Shown: in pieces, positions 1 to 11,100 of the stretch
How positions within the stretch are numbered: the stretch's first letter is position 1
Layout of the letters: each line of letters opens with the position of its first letter
Assembly: GCA_964016885.1 (NCBI GenBank)
Contig: OZ024743.1
Location: 180,730,001-180,794,000 of the forward strand
Source: Eledone cirrhosa
Taxonomy: Eukaryota
Length of the DNA: 64,000 nucleotides
Direction of reading: 5' to 3'
Program-made: the position numbers and the translations under genes
The notes under the pieces: generated by a model
What the model was told of the DNA's origin: nothing
Seen by the model: the letters and a program-made list of their open reading frames with translations, nothing else
Databases searched by the model: none

Positions 1-964
1 AGGTTAGTGCTATAATAAACGTGTTAATTTGTTAAATACATTTCTGGCGATATTTGCTCGCAATCATTTAACTGGGTGATTTAATTGAAACAATGTTTAT
101 TCCCAATAATTTCATATCTTCAATGCAATACTAATGTAAATTTATATCGGGCGATATTACTGAAACGCAATAAACTGCGACAAATGATTTATTGGGTTTG
201 TATTGTCACAATTGAAAGTCATATATTCATTATTTTTTATTCATACAACGAAGATGTTCCACTCAATATTTCATAAATAAAATAGTAGGTGTATGTTTTT
301 GATTGACACTATAACTTACATTATAAGTTATGCAACACTTTAATCTGAAGAAAAACAAATGAATTATAAAGATAGATGGAAATTTATTGAAAATTCTTCT
401 CTTTTATTTAAAAATGTGTGGTTATGAAATGACATAAAAGAAAATTGTTTGTTTAAATTGGTAGTGTATTAGAAAAACTGTCAAGCATTCGGCAGTTCAC
501 CTCCGATCACCAAACCATGGATAGGGTCCATAAGCTATTACAGGATTGTAGATGAAAAGTACGACTGTGTTTCACTGGCTTGAACTTAATTCAGTAACAA
601 ACGATATTTGCTATAAACCTATAGCTTATAGCAGAGAAATTGTATATTTTAACCGCTAAAGGATATGATAACCTGACTTAGTAAAGATTTATTTAAGGGT
701 CTCTTTGCTACAACAGTTATCATTGATGTCAAACTTAAAATATGATCTGTATCCTGCATCTCTGCCAAAGAGATTTAACATTTTGTTTATATAGGAGTAA
801 GTTCAGCACATAGTGTCAGGACAACTGAATAGTGAAAGTAACGGGACACCATGTGATAGACGAGTGTTTTAACGCACCGCGGATGGCCTAAAAGTCCCTA
901 TTGACTGCTGGATATGAGATGGATGCACCCTTATTATTATCGTTGCGCAAAAGTGTTAGAATCT

Positions 965-1110
965 GTAGTGGCAGTCCATTAGTGGTCCTTGCTGTAAAAT
1001 GTTTAGTTTCATCTCTCTCTGAGTTCAAATTTTACCAAATTCCCATTTGGTTGATCCCATAGTTGGTATAATTAGTACCATCAATATACTGTTATTAACT
1101 TAATCGACTA
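965..1110 (+). mobile_element. Degenerate tRNA-derived SINE fragment (octopus-type SINE, Nin/Deu-like central domain remnant)
   Basis: Ordered motifs TGGCAG..TTAG (969-982), AAAATGTTTAG, B-box-like TCTGAGTTCAAATT (1018-1031), ATAATTAGTACCA (1068-1080) and TAATCGACT (1101-1109). They are colinear with the abundant Octopus SINE consensus as I recall it (tggcagaatcgttag...aaaatgcttag...tctgagttcaaattcc...gataaattaagtacca...gtaatcgactt). Family assignment is from memory, not from a search. Confidence 0.55.
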
Positions 1111-1179
1111 ATTATTTCAATGTAAGATGTTTCATTGAAGCGAAAAGAGAAAGTAATGGAATGCTCTCAGGGTTAAAAA

Positions 1180-1353
1180 CAGACCTGCCAACCTCTAAAA
1201 ACCAAAATCAGGAGTACCATGGAAAAGAGTGTCCCAAAATGGAGAGAAATGAGGCAAAATGGAGAAATCTTACATAATGAAAAGTATACACATTTTCACA
1301 AGAGAAGACATCTCTCACCCACCCCCAAGTAGGCGGGAGAGTTGACAGGTTTG
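1180..1353. mobile_element. ~174 bp MITE / non-autonomous DNA transposon (hAT-like termini)
   Basis: Terminal inverted repeats: CAGACCTGCCAAC (1180-1192) versus GTTGACAGGTTTG (1341-1353; reverse complement CAAACCTGTCAAC), 11/13 identical. Internal direct repeat CAAAATGGAGA occurs twice (~1236, ~1256). No coding capacity and no clean target-site duplication. Confidence 0.6.
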
Positions 1354-1417
1354 TAAGAAACTAAGAAGCATTCAACTACCCCATTTAATCGATTGCATCT
1401 TAAATAGTTTACTGAAT

Positions 1418-1662
1418 GCGCACGGCCTAGTGGTAAGAGTGTTCGACTTACGTTCATAACGGCGTTGGTTCGATTCCTGGATTAAGTTGTGTGTTGTGTT
1501 CTTGAGCAAAACACTTGATTTCACGTTGTTCCGGTTTACTCAGCTGAAAAGGATGACAAACAACAGATGGTGGGTTTAAACCTGCGATTGACTGACGTCC
1601 TGTCTAGTATTGTACTCTCAGTTGATTCACGCCACGGAAAACAGGATAAACATCGGCATGAA
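1418..1662 (+). mobile_element. tRNA-derived SINE with CORE-like central domain
   Basis: Pol III A-box CGGCCTAGTGG (1423-1433) and B-box GGTTCGATTCC (1467-1477) at tRNA-like spacing. Followed by CORE-like TTGTGTTCTTGAGCAAAACACTTGATTTCAC...CAGCTGAAAA (1494-1550), and a 3' part CCTGCGATTGACTGACGTCCTGTC...TTCACGCCACGGAAAACAGGATAAA that resembles tails of aquatic-animal SINEs. Confidence 0.75.
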
Positions 1663-1686
1663 AAGCTTTCTATCGATGATAGAAAA

Positions 1687-1696
1687 TCTCTCTCTC

Positions 1697-1729
<33 letters not shown>
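1687..1729. repeat. Compound microsatellite (TC)n(TA)n
   Basis: TC run 1687-1714 (one interruption) directly followed by TA run 1714-1729. Confidence 0.95.
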
Positions 1730-1763
1730 GGTGAAAATTTATAAAATAATATATCCGGAAGAA

Positions 1764-1870
1764 TATACATACATAGTCACACGCATACATACATATATAG
1801 ATACATACATACACATACATACATGCATACACACGCAAACAAGCGCACACCCACCCACACATATATACAT
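1764..1870. repeat. Degenerate (TACA)/(CA)/(TA) microsatellite tract
   Basis: atatacatacatagtcacacgcatacatacatatatagatacatacatacacatacatacatgcatacacacg...cacccacccacacatatatacat. Confidence 0.85.
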
Positions 1871-1937
1871 ATTGACAAGCAGAGACACCAACGACTAAAA
1901 AGAGATATTCTAACCAGGTTGTAACTATATATATATA

Positions 1938-1943
1938 TTTATT
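1938..1943 (-). promoter_or_regulatory. Candidate polyadenylation signal AATAAA for the minus-strand mucin-like gene (alternative ATTAAA at 2027-2032)
   Basis: Plus-strand TTTATT at 1938-1943, ~250 nt downstream of the TAA at 2196-2198. The context is AT-rich, so a chance match is plausible. Confidence 0.3.
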
Positions 1944-2195
1944 TTTTTTTACGAAAGTAACTCTAAGAGGCGCATTCATTTTAAAATGAGGTTTGTGTTT
2001 TATCTTTTGCGATGTTTTGGGGTGTATTTAATACAAGAGCTCCCATGATATTTAACTTGCTTTTACAGTTGTTTTCTTTCATATTGGATTCCTAACAAAG
2101 CTATGAGCTTAATGTTGCGTCTTCTTACTTTGGATTATCTTTTGGTTCATTCTACAGCTTTCAGGTCAGAGAGAAAGGATCGATCGATCAATATT

Positions 2196-5100
2196 TTAGG
2201 AGTTAAATCGTTTGGATATTGTTTTTCCGACTGTTGTTATTGGAGTTGTAGTTATTGTGGATGTTGTTGTTGGTGGTGGTGGTGTTGATGTTGTTGGTGG
2301 TGGTGGTGTTGTTGGTGTTGGTGTTGATGTTGGTGGTGTTGTTGTTGGTGGTGATGTTGATGTTGTTGGTGGTGGTGTTGGTGGTGTTGATGTTGTTGTT
2401 GGTGGTGTTGATGGTGTTGTTGTTGATGTTGTTGTTGTTGGTGGTGTCGGTGGTGGTGGGGTTGTTGTTGTTGTTGTTGTTGTTGATGGTGGTGCTGTTG
2501 ATGTTGATGATGGTGGTGGTGGTAGTGTTGTTGATAGTGTTGTTGTTGGTGATGTTGGTGGTGCTGTTGTTGATGATGGTGGTGGTGGTGGTGTGGATAG
2601 TGTTGTTGATGGTGATGATGGTGGTGCTGTTGTTGTTGATGGTGGTGGTGGTGCTGTTGATGGTGTTGATGGTCGTGGTGGTCGTGGTGGTGGTGGTGGT
2701 GGTGTTGTTGTTGTTGTTGTTGTTGTTGATAGTGTTGTTGGTGGTGATGATGGTGGTGCTGTTGATGATGGTGGTGGTGGTGTTGGTGGTGCTGTTGTTG
2801 TTGATGATGGTGGTGGTGTTGATAGTGTTGTTGATGGTGATGATGGTGGTGGTGCTGTTGATGATGGTGGTGGTGGTGGTGGCGGTGTTGATAGTGTTGT
2901 TGATGGTTATGATGGTGGTGGTGCTGTTGATGATGGTGGTGGTGGTGGCGGTGTTGATAGTGTTGTTGATGGTGATGATGGTGGTGGTGCTGTTGATGAT
3001 GGTGGTGGTGGTGGTGTTGATAGTGTTGATGGGGGTGATGATGGTGGTGCTGTTGTTGTTGATGGTGGTGGTGGTGGTGTTGATAGTGTTGTTGATGGTG
3101 ATGATGGTGGTGCTGTTGTGTTGACGATGGTGGTGGTGGTGGTGGTGGTGATGATGGTGGTGGTGGTGGTGTTGTTGATAGTGTTGTTGATGGTGTTGAT
3201 GGTGGTGCTGTTGTTGATGGTGGTGGTGGTGGTGGTGTTGATAGTGTTGTTGGTGGTGATGATGGTGGTGCTGTTGTTGTTGATGATGGTGGTGGTGGTG
3301 GTGCTGTTGATAGTGTTGTTGGTGGTGATGATGGTGGTGGTGCTGTTGATGTTGATGATGGTGGTGGTGGTGGTGGTGTTGATAGTGTTGTTGATGGTGA
3401 TGATGGTGGTGGTGCTGTTGATGATGGTGGTGGTGGTGGTGGTGGTGTTGATAGTGTTGTTGGTGGTGATGATGGTGGTGGTGCTGTTGATGTTGATGAT
3501 GGTGGCGGTGGTGGTGGTGTTGATAGTGTTGTTGGTGGTGTTGATAGTGGTGCTGTTGATGCTGATGATGGTGGTGCTGTTGATGATGGTGGTGGTGGTG
3601 GTGGTGATGATGGTGGTGGTGATGATGGTGATGGTGATGATGGTGGTGATGATGGTGATGATGGTGGTGGTGCTGTTGATGATGGTGGTAGTGGTGGTGG
3701 TGGTGTTGTTGTAGTTGTAGTTATTGGTGGTGGTAGTGTTGTAGTTGTAGTTGTAGTTGTTGTTGGTGGTGTTGTTGTAGTTGTTGTTGGTGGTGGTGTT
3801 GTAGTTGTAGTTGTTGGTGGTGGTGGTGTTGTAGTTGTTGTTGGTGGTGGTGGTGGTGTTGTAGTTGTAGTTGTTGGTGGTGGTAGTGTTGTAGTTGTAG
3901 TTGTAGTTGTTGTTGGTGGTGTTGTTGTAGTTGTAGTTGTTGGTGGTGGTGGTGTTGTAGTTGTAGTTGTTGTTGGTGGTGTTGTTGTTGTAGTTGTTGG
4001 TGGTGTTGTAGTTGTAGTTGTTGGTGGTGGTGGTGTTGTTGTTGTAGTTGTTGGTGGTGGTGGTGTTGTAGTTGTAGTTGTTGTTGTTGGTGGTGTTGTA
4101 GTTGTAGTTGTTGGTGGTGCTGTTGTTGTTGTAGTTGTTGTTGGAGGTAGTGTTGTAGTTGTTGTTGTTGGTGGTGGTGGTGTTGTAGTTGTAGTTGTTG
4201 TTGGTGGTGTTGTTGTTGTAGTTTTTGTTGGAGGTAGTGTTGTAGTTGTTGTTGTTGGTGGTGGTGTTGTTGTTGTAGTTGTTGCTGGTGGTGGTGTTAT
4301 TGTTGTAGTTGTTGGCGGTGGTGGTGTTGTAGTTGTAGTTGTTGGTGGTGGTGGTGTTGTTGTTGTAGTTGTTGGTGGTGGTGGTGTTGTAGTTGTAGTT
4401 GTTGTTGGTGGTGGTGTTGTAGTTGTAGTTGTTGGTGGTGGTGTTGTTGTTGTAGTTGTTGCTGGTGGTGGTGGTGTTGTAGTTGTTGTTGTTGTTGGTG
4501 GTGGTGTTGTAGTTGTAGTTGTTGTTGGTGGTGTTGTTGTTGTAGTTGTTGCTGGTGGTGGTGGTGGTGTTGTAGTTGTTGTTGGTGGTGGTGGTGTTGT
4601 AGTTGTAGTTGTTGGTGGTGGTGGTGTTGTTGTTGTAGTTGTTGCTGGTGGTGGTGTTGTAGTTGTAGTTGTTGTTGTTGGTGGTGTTGTAGTTGTAGTT
4701 GTTGGTGGTGCTGTTGTTGTTGTAGTTGTTGCTGGTGGTGGTGTTGTTGTTGTAGTTGTTGGTGGTGGTGGTGTTGTAGTTGTAGTTGTTGTTGGTGGTG
4801 TTGTTGTTGTAGTTGTTGTTGGAGGTAGTGTTGTAGTTGTTGTTGTTGGTGGTGGTGTTGTTGTTGTAGTTGTTGTTGTTGTTGGTGGTGTTGTTGTTGT
4901 AGTTGTTGCTGGTGGTGGTGTTGTTGTTGTAGTTGTTGGTGGTGGTGGTGTTGTAGTTGTAGTTGTTGGTGGTGGTGGTGTTGTTGTTGTAGTTGTTGGT
5001 GGTGGTGGTGTTGTAGTTGTAGTTGTTGTTGGTGGTGGTGTTGTAGTTGTAGTTGTTGGTGGTGGTGTTGTTGTTGTAGTTGTTGCTGATGGTGGTGGTG

Positions 5101-8100
5101 TTGTAGTTGTTGTTGTTGGTGGTGGTGGTGTTGTAGTTGTAGTTGTTGTTGGTGGTGTTGTTGTTGTAGTTGTTGCTGGTGGTGGTGGTGTTGTAGTTGT
5201 TGTTGTTGGTGGTGGTGGTGTTGTAGTTGTAGTTGTTGGTGGTGGTGGTGTTGTTGTTGTAGTTGTTGCTGGTGGTGGTGTTACAGTTGTAGTTGTTGTT
5301 GGTGGTGGTGTTGTAGTTGTTGTTGTTGTTGGTGGTGGTGTTGTAGTTGTTGTTGGTGGTGGTGTTGTTGTTGTAGTTGTTGTTGGTGGTGGTGTTGTTG
5401 TTGTTGTTGTTGCTGGTGGTGGTGTTGCAGTTGTAGTTGTTGTTGGTGGTGGTGTTGTAGTTGTAGTTGTTGGTGGTGGTGGTGTTGTTGTTGTAGTTGT
5501 TGGTGGTGGTGGTGTTGTAGTTGTAGTTGTTGTTGGTGGTGTTGTTGTTGTAGTTGTTGCTGGTGGTGGTGGTGTTGTAGTTGTTGTTGTTGGTGCTGGT
5601 GGTGTTGTAGTTGTAGTTGTTGTTGGTGGTGGTGTTGTTGTTGTAGTTGTTGCTGGTGGTGGTGTTGCAGTTGTAGTTGTTGTTGGTGGTGGTGTTGTAG
5701 TTGTTGTTGTTGTTGGTGGTGGTGTTGTAGTTGTAGTTGTTGTTGGTGGTGGTGTTGTTGTTGTAGTTGTTGTTGGTGGTGGTGTTGTTGTTGTAGTTGT
5801 TGCTGGTGGTGGTGTTGCAGTTGTAGTTGTTGTTGGTGGTGGTGTTGTAGTTGTTGTTGTTGTTGGTGGTGGTGTTGTTGTTGTAGTTGTTGTTGGTGGT
5901 GGTGTTGTTGTTGTAGTTGTTGGTGGTGGTGGTGTTGCAGTTGTAGTTGTTGTTGGTGGTGTTGTAGTTGTTGTTGTTGGTGGTGGTGTTGTAGTTGTTG
6001 GTGGTGGTGTTGTAGTTGTTGTTGTTGGTGGTGGTGTTGTAGTTGTAGTTGTTGTTGGTGGTGGTGGTGTTGTTGTTGTAGTTGTAGTTGTTGTTGGTGG
6101 TGTTGTTGTTGTAGTTGTTGTTGTTGGTGGTGGTGGTGTTGTAGTTGTAGTTGTTGTTGGTGGTGGTGTTGCAGTTGTAGTTGTTGTTGTTGGTGGTGTT
6201 GTAGTTGTAGTTGTTGTTGGTGGTGGTGTTGTTGTTGTAGTTGTTGTTGGTGGTGGTTTGTAGTTGTTGTTGTTGGTGGTGGTGTTGTAGTTGTAGTTGT
6301 TGTTGGTGGTGGTGTTGTAGTTGTAGTTGTTGGTGTTGTAGTTGTTGTTGTTGGTGGTGGTGTTGTAGTTGTAGTTGTTGTTGGTGGTGTTGTTGTTGTA
6401 GTTGTTGCTGGTGGTGGTGGTGTTGTAGTTGTTGTTGTTGGTGCTGGGGGTGTTGTAGTTGTAGTTGTTGTTGGTGGTGGTGTTGTTGTTGTAGTTGTTG
6501 CTGGTGGTGGTGTTGCAGTTGTAGTTGTTGTTGGTGGTGGTGTTGTAGTTGTTGTTGTTGTTGGTGGTGGTGTTGTAGTTGTAGTTGTTGTTGGTGGTGG
6601 TGTTGTTGTTGTAGTTGTTGTTGGTGGTGGTGTTGTTGTTGTAGTTGTTGCTGGTGGTGGTGTTGCAGTTGTAGTTGTTGTTGGTGGTGGTGTTGTAGTT
6701 GTTGTTGTTGTTGGTGGTGGTGTTGTTGTTGTAGTTGTTGTTGGTGGTGGTGTTGTTGTTGTAGTTGTTGGTGGTGGTGGTGTTGCAGTTGTAGTTGTTG
6801 TTGGTGGTGTTGTAGTTGTTGTTGTTGGTGGTGGTGTTGTAGTTGTTGGTGGTGGTGTTGTAGTTGTTGTTGTTGGTGGTGGTGTTGTAGTTGTAGTTGT
6901 TGTTGGTGGTGGTGGTGTTGTTGTTGTAGTTGTAGTTGTTGTTGGTGGTGTTGTTGTTGTAGTTGTTGTTGTTGGTGGTGGTGGTGTTGTAGTTGTAGTT
7001 GTTGTTGGTGGTGTTGTTGTTGTAGTTGTTGTTGTTGGTGGTGGTGTTGTAGTTGTAGTTGTTGTTGTTGGTGGTGTTGCAGTTGTAGTTGTTGTTGGTG
7101 GTGGTTTGTAGTTGTTGTTGTTGGTGGTGGTGTTGTAGTTGTAGTTGTTGTTGGTGGTGGTGTTGTAGTTGTAGTTGTTGGTGTTGTAGTTGTTGTTGTT
7201 GGTGGTGGTGTTGTAGTTGTAGTTGTTGTTGGTGGTGTTGTTGTTGTAGTTGTTGCTGGTGGTGGTGGTGTTGCAGTTGTTGTTGTAGTTGTTGGTGGTG
7301 ATGTAGTTGTAGTTGTTGGTGGTGGTGGTGTTGTTGTTGTAGTTGTTGGTGGTGGTGGTGTTGTAGTTGTAGTTGTTGTTGTTGGTGGTGTTGTAGTTGT
7401 AGTTGTTGGTGGTGCTGTTGTTGTTGTAGTTGTTGCTGGTGGTGGTGTTGTTGTTGTAGTTGTTGGTGGTGGTGGTGTTGTAGTTGTAGTTGTTGTTGGT
7501 GGTGTTGTTGTTGTAGTTGTTGTTGGAGGTAGTGTTGTAGTTGTTGTTGTTGGTGGTGGTGTTGTTGTTGTAGTTGTTGTTGGTGGTGGTGTTGTTGTTG
7601 TAGTTGTTGGTGGTGGTGGTGTTGTAGTTGTAGTTGTTGTTGGTGGTGGTGTTGTTGTTGTAGTTGTTGTTGTTGGTGGTGGTGTTGTTGTTGTAGTTGT
7701 TGGTCGTGGTGTTGTAGTTGTAGTTGTTGTTGGTGGTGGTGTTGTTGTTGTAGTTGTTGTTGGTGGTGTTGTTGTTGTAGTTGTAGTTGTTGTTGGTGGT
7801 GTTGTTGTTGTTGTTGTTGTTGTTGGTGGTGGTGTTGTTGTTGTAGTTGTTGGTGGTGGTGTTGTTGTTGTAGTTGTTGTTGTTGGTGGTGGTGTTGTTG
7901 TTGTATTTGTTGTTGGTGGTGGTGTTGTAGTTGCAGTTGTTGTTGGTGGTGGTGTTGTTGCAGTTGTTGTTGGTGGTGGTGTTGTTGTTGTATTTGTTGT
8001 TGGTGGTGGTGTTGTTGTTGTAGCTGTTGTTGGTGGTGGTGTTGTTGCAGTTGTTGGTGGTGGTGGTGTTGTAGTAGTTGTTGTTGGTGGTGGTGTTGTT

Positions 8101-11100
8101 GTAGTTGTTGTTGGTGGTGGTGTTGTTGTAGTTGTTGTTGTTGGTGGTGGTGTTGTAGTTGTTGTTGTTGGTGGTGGTGGTGTTGTTGTTGTTGTAGTTG
8201 TTGTTGGTGGTGGTGTTGTTGTAGTTGTTGTTGGTGGTAGTGTTGTAGTTGTAGTTGTTGGTGGTGGTGTTGTAGTTGTAGTTGTTGGTGGTGGTGGTGT
8301 TGTTGTAGTTGTAGTTATTGGTGGTGGTAGTGTTGTAGTTGTAGTTGTAGTTGTTGTTGGTGGTGTTGTTGTAGTTGTTGTTGGTGGTGGTGTTGTAGTT
8401 GTAGTTGTTGGTGGTGGTGGTGTTGTAGTTGTAGTTGTTGGTGGTGGTAGTGTTGTAGTTGTAGTTGGTGGTGGTGGTGGTGTTGTAGTTGTAGTTGTTG
8501 GTGGTAGTGGTGTTGTAGTTGTTGTTGGTGGTGGTGGTGGTGTTGTAGTTGTAGTTGTTGGTGGTGGTAGTGTTGTAGTTGTAGTTGTAGTTGTTGTTGG
8601 TGGTGTTGTTGTAGTTGTAGTTGTTGGTGGTGGTGGTGTTGTAGTTGTAGTTGTTGTTGGTGGTGTTGTTGTTGTAGTTGTTGGTGGTGTTGTAGTTGTA
8701 GTTGTTGGTGGTGGTGGTGTTGTTGTTGTAGTTGTTGGTGGTGGTGGTGTTGTAGTTGTAGTTGTTGTTGTTGGTGGTGTTGTAGTTGTAGTTGTTGGTG
8801 GTGCTGTTGTTGTTGTAGTTGTTGTTGGAGGTAGTGTTGTAGTTGTTGTTGTTGGTGGTGGTGGTGTTGTAGTTGTTGTTGGTGGTGTTGTTGTTGTAGT
8901 TGTTGTTGGAGGTAGTGTTGTAGTTGTTGTTGTTGGTGGTGGTGTTGTTGTTGTAGTTGTTGCTGGTGGTGGTGTTGTTGTTGTAGTTGTTGGTGGTGGT
9001 GGTGTTGTAGTTGTAGTTGTTGGTGGTGGTGGTGTTGTTGTTGTAGTTGTTGGTGGTGGTGGTGTTGTAGTTGTAGTTGTTGTTGGTGGTGGTGTTGTAG
9101 TTGTAGTTGTTGGTGGTGGTGTTGTTGTTGTAGTTGTTGCTGGTGGTGGTGGTGTTGTAGTTGTTGTTGTTGGTGGTGGTGGTGTTGTAGTTGTAGTTGT
9201 TGTTGGTGGTGTTGTTGTTGTAGTTGTTGCTGGTGGTGGTGGTGTTGTAGTTGTTGTTGTTGGTGGTGGTGGTGTTGTAGTTGTAGTTGTTGTTGGTGGT
9301 GGTGTTGTTGTTGTAGTTGTTGCTGGTGGTGGTGTTGTAGTTGTAGTTGTTGTTGTTGGTGGTGTTGTAGTTGTAGTTGTTGGTGGTGCTGTTGTTGTTG
9401 TAGTTGTTGCTGGTGGTGGTGTTGTTGTTGTAGTTGTTGGTGGTGGTGGTGTTGTAGTTGTAGTTGTTGTTGGTGGTGTTGTTGTTGTAGTTGTTGTTGG
9501 AGGTAGTGTTGTAGTTGTTGTTGTTGGTGGTGGTGTTGTTGTTGTAGTTGTTGCTGGTGGTGGTGTTGTTGTTGTAGTTGTTGGTGGTGGTGGTGGTGTA
9601 GTTGTAGTTGTTGGTGGTGGTGGTGTTGTTGTTGTAGTTGTTGGTGGTGGTGGTGTTGTAGTTGTAGTTGTTGTTGGTGGTGGTGTTGTAGTTGTAGTTG
9701 TTGGTGGTGGTGTTGTTGTTGTAGTTGTTGCTGATGGTGGTGGTGTTGTAGTTGTTGTTGTTGGTGGTGGTGGTGTTGTAGTTGTAGTTGTTGTTGGTGG
9801 TGTTGTTGTTGTAGTTGTTGCTGGTGGTGGTGGTGTTGTAGTTGTTGTTGTTGGTGGTGGTGGTGTTGTAGTTGTAGTTGTTGGTGGTGGTGGTGGTGTT
9901 GTTGTTGTAGTTGTTGCTGGTGGTGGTGTTACAGTTGTAGTTGTTGTTGGTGGTGGTGTTGTAGTTGTTGTTGTTGTTGGTGGTGGTGTTGTAGTTGTAG
10001 TTGTTGTTGGTGGTGGTGTTGTTGTTGTAGTTGTTGTTGGTGGTGGTGTTGTTGTTGTTGTTGTTGCTGGTGGTGGTGTTGCAGTTGTAGTTGTTGTTGG
10101 TGGTGGTGTTGTAGTTGTAGTTGTTGGTGGTGGTGGTGTTGTTGTTGTAGTTGGTGGTGGTGGTGTTGTAGTTGTAGTTGTTGTTGGTGGTGTTGTTGTT
10201 GTAGTTGTTGCTGGTGGTGGTGGTGTTGTAGTTGTTGTTGTTGGTGGTGGTGGTGTTGTAGTTGTAGTTGTTGTTGGTGGTGGTGTTGTTGTTGTAGTTG
10301 TTGCTGGTGGTGGTGTTGCAGTTGTAGTTGTTGTTGGTGGTGGTGTTGTAGTTGTTGTTGTTGGTGGTGGTGGTGTTGTAGTTGTAGTTGTTGTTGGTGG
10401 TGGTGTTGTTGTTGTAGTTGTTGTTGGTGGTGGTGTTGTTGTTGTAGTTGTTGCTGGTGGTGGTGTTGCAGTTGTAGTTGTTGTTGGTGGTGGTGTTGTA
10501 GTTGTTGTTGTTGTTGGTGGTGGTGTTGTTGTTGTAGTTGTTGTTGGTGGTGGTGTTGTTGTTGTAGTTGTGGTTGGTGGTGGTGTTGTAGTTGTTGTTG
10601 TTGGTGGTGGTGTTGTAGTTGTTGGTGGTGGTGTTGTAGTTGTAGTTGTTGTTGGTGGTGGTGTTGTTGTTGTAGTTGTTGCTGGTGGTGGTGTTGCAGT
10701 TGTAGTTGTTGTTTGTGGTGGTGTTGTAGTTGTTGTTGTTGGTGGTGGTGTTGTAGTTGTTGGTGGTGGTGTTGTAGTTGTTGTTGTTGGTGGTGGTGTT
10801 GTAGTTGTAGTTGTTGTTGGTGGTGGTGGTGTTGTTGTTGTAGTTGTAGTTGTTGTTGGTGGTGTTGTTGTTGTAGTTGTTGTTGTTGGTGGTGGTGGTG
10901 TTGTAGTTGTAGTTGTTGTTGGTGGTGGTGTTGTTGTTGTAGTTGTTGCTGGTGGTGGTGGTGTTGTTGTTGTAGTTGTAGTTGTTGTTGGTGGTGTTGT
11001 TGTTGTAGTTGTTGTTGTTGTTGGTGGTGTTGCAGTCGTAGTTGTTGGTGGTGGTTTGTAGTTGTTGTTGTTGGTGGTGGTGCTGTAGTTGTAGTTGTTG

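Noticed and set aside
85-276. 63-aa plus-strand ORF
   Set aside because: TTG start, AT-rich, no recognisable motif; consistent with chance.
383-566. Short minus-strand open stretch (VVLFIYNPVIAYGPYPWFGDRR*) followed by two AATAAA (403-408, 383-388) as a possible terminal exon
   Set aside because: Only ~22 codons, a weak acceptor context and no recognisable domain; AATAAA is common in such AT-rich DNA.
1418-1490. Possible tRNA gene
   Set aside because: A and B boxes are present, but the acceptor and anticodon stems do not pair convincingly and the sequence continues into a CORE-like body. It is a SINE head.
1713-1979. 88-aa minus-strand ORF (YVCMYVCI-rich)
   Set aside because: It is a translation of TA/TACA microsatellites.
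2123-2128. Strong-looking minus-strand splice donor GTAAGA that could link the PTS exon to further exons
   Set aside because: All three minus frames hit a stop before reaching it, so it cannot extend the coding sequence as assembled.
6250-6265. Programmed -1 ribosomal frameshift signal at family A sites
   Set aside because: The minus-strand context T ACA AAC is not an X XXY YYZ slippery heptamer, and the G-poor RNA cannot form a downstream stimulatory structure.
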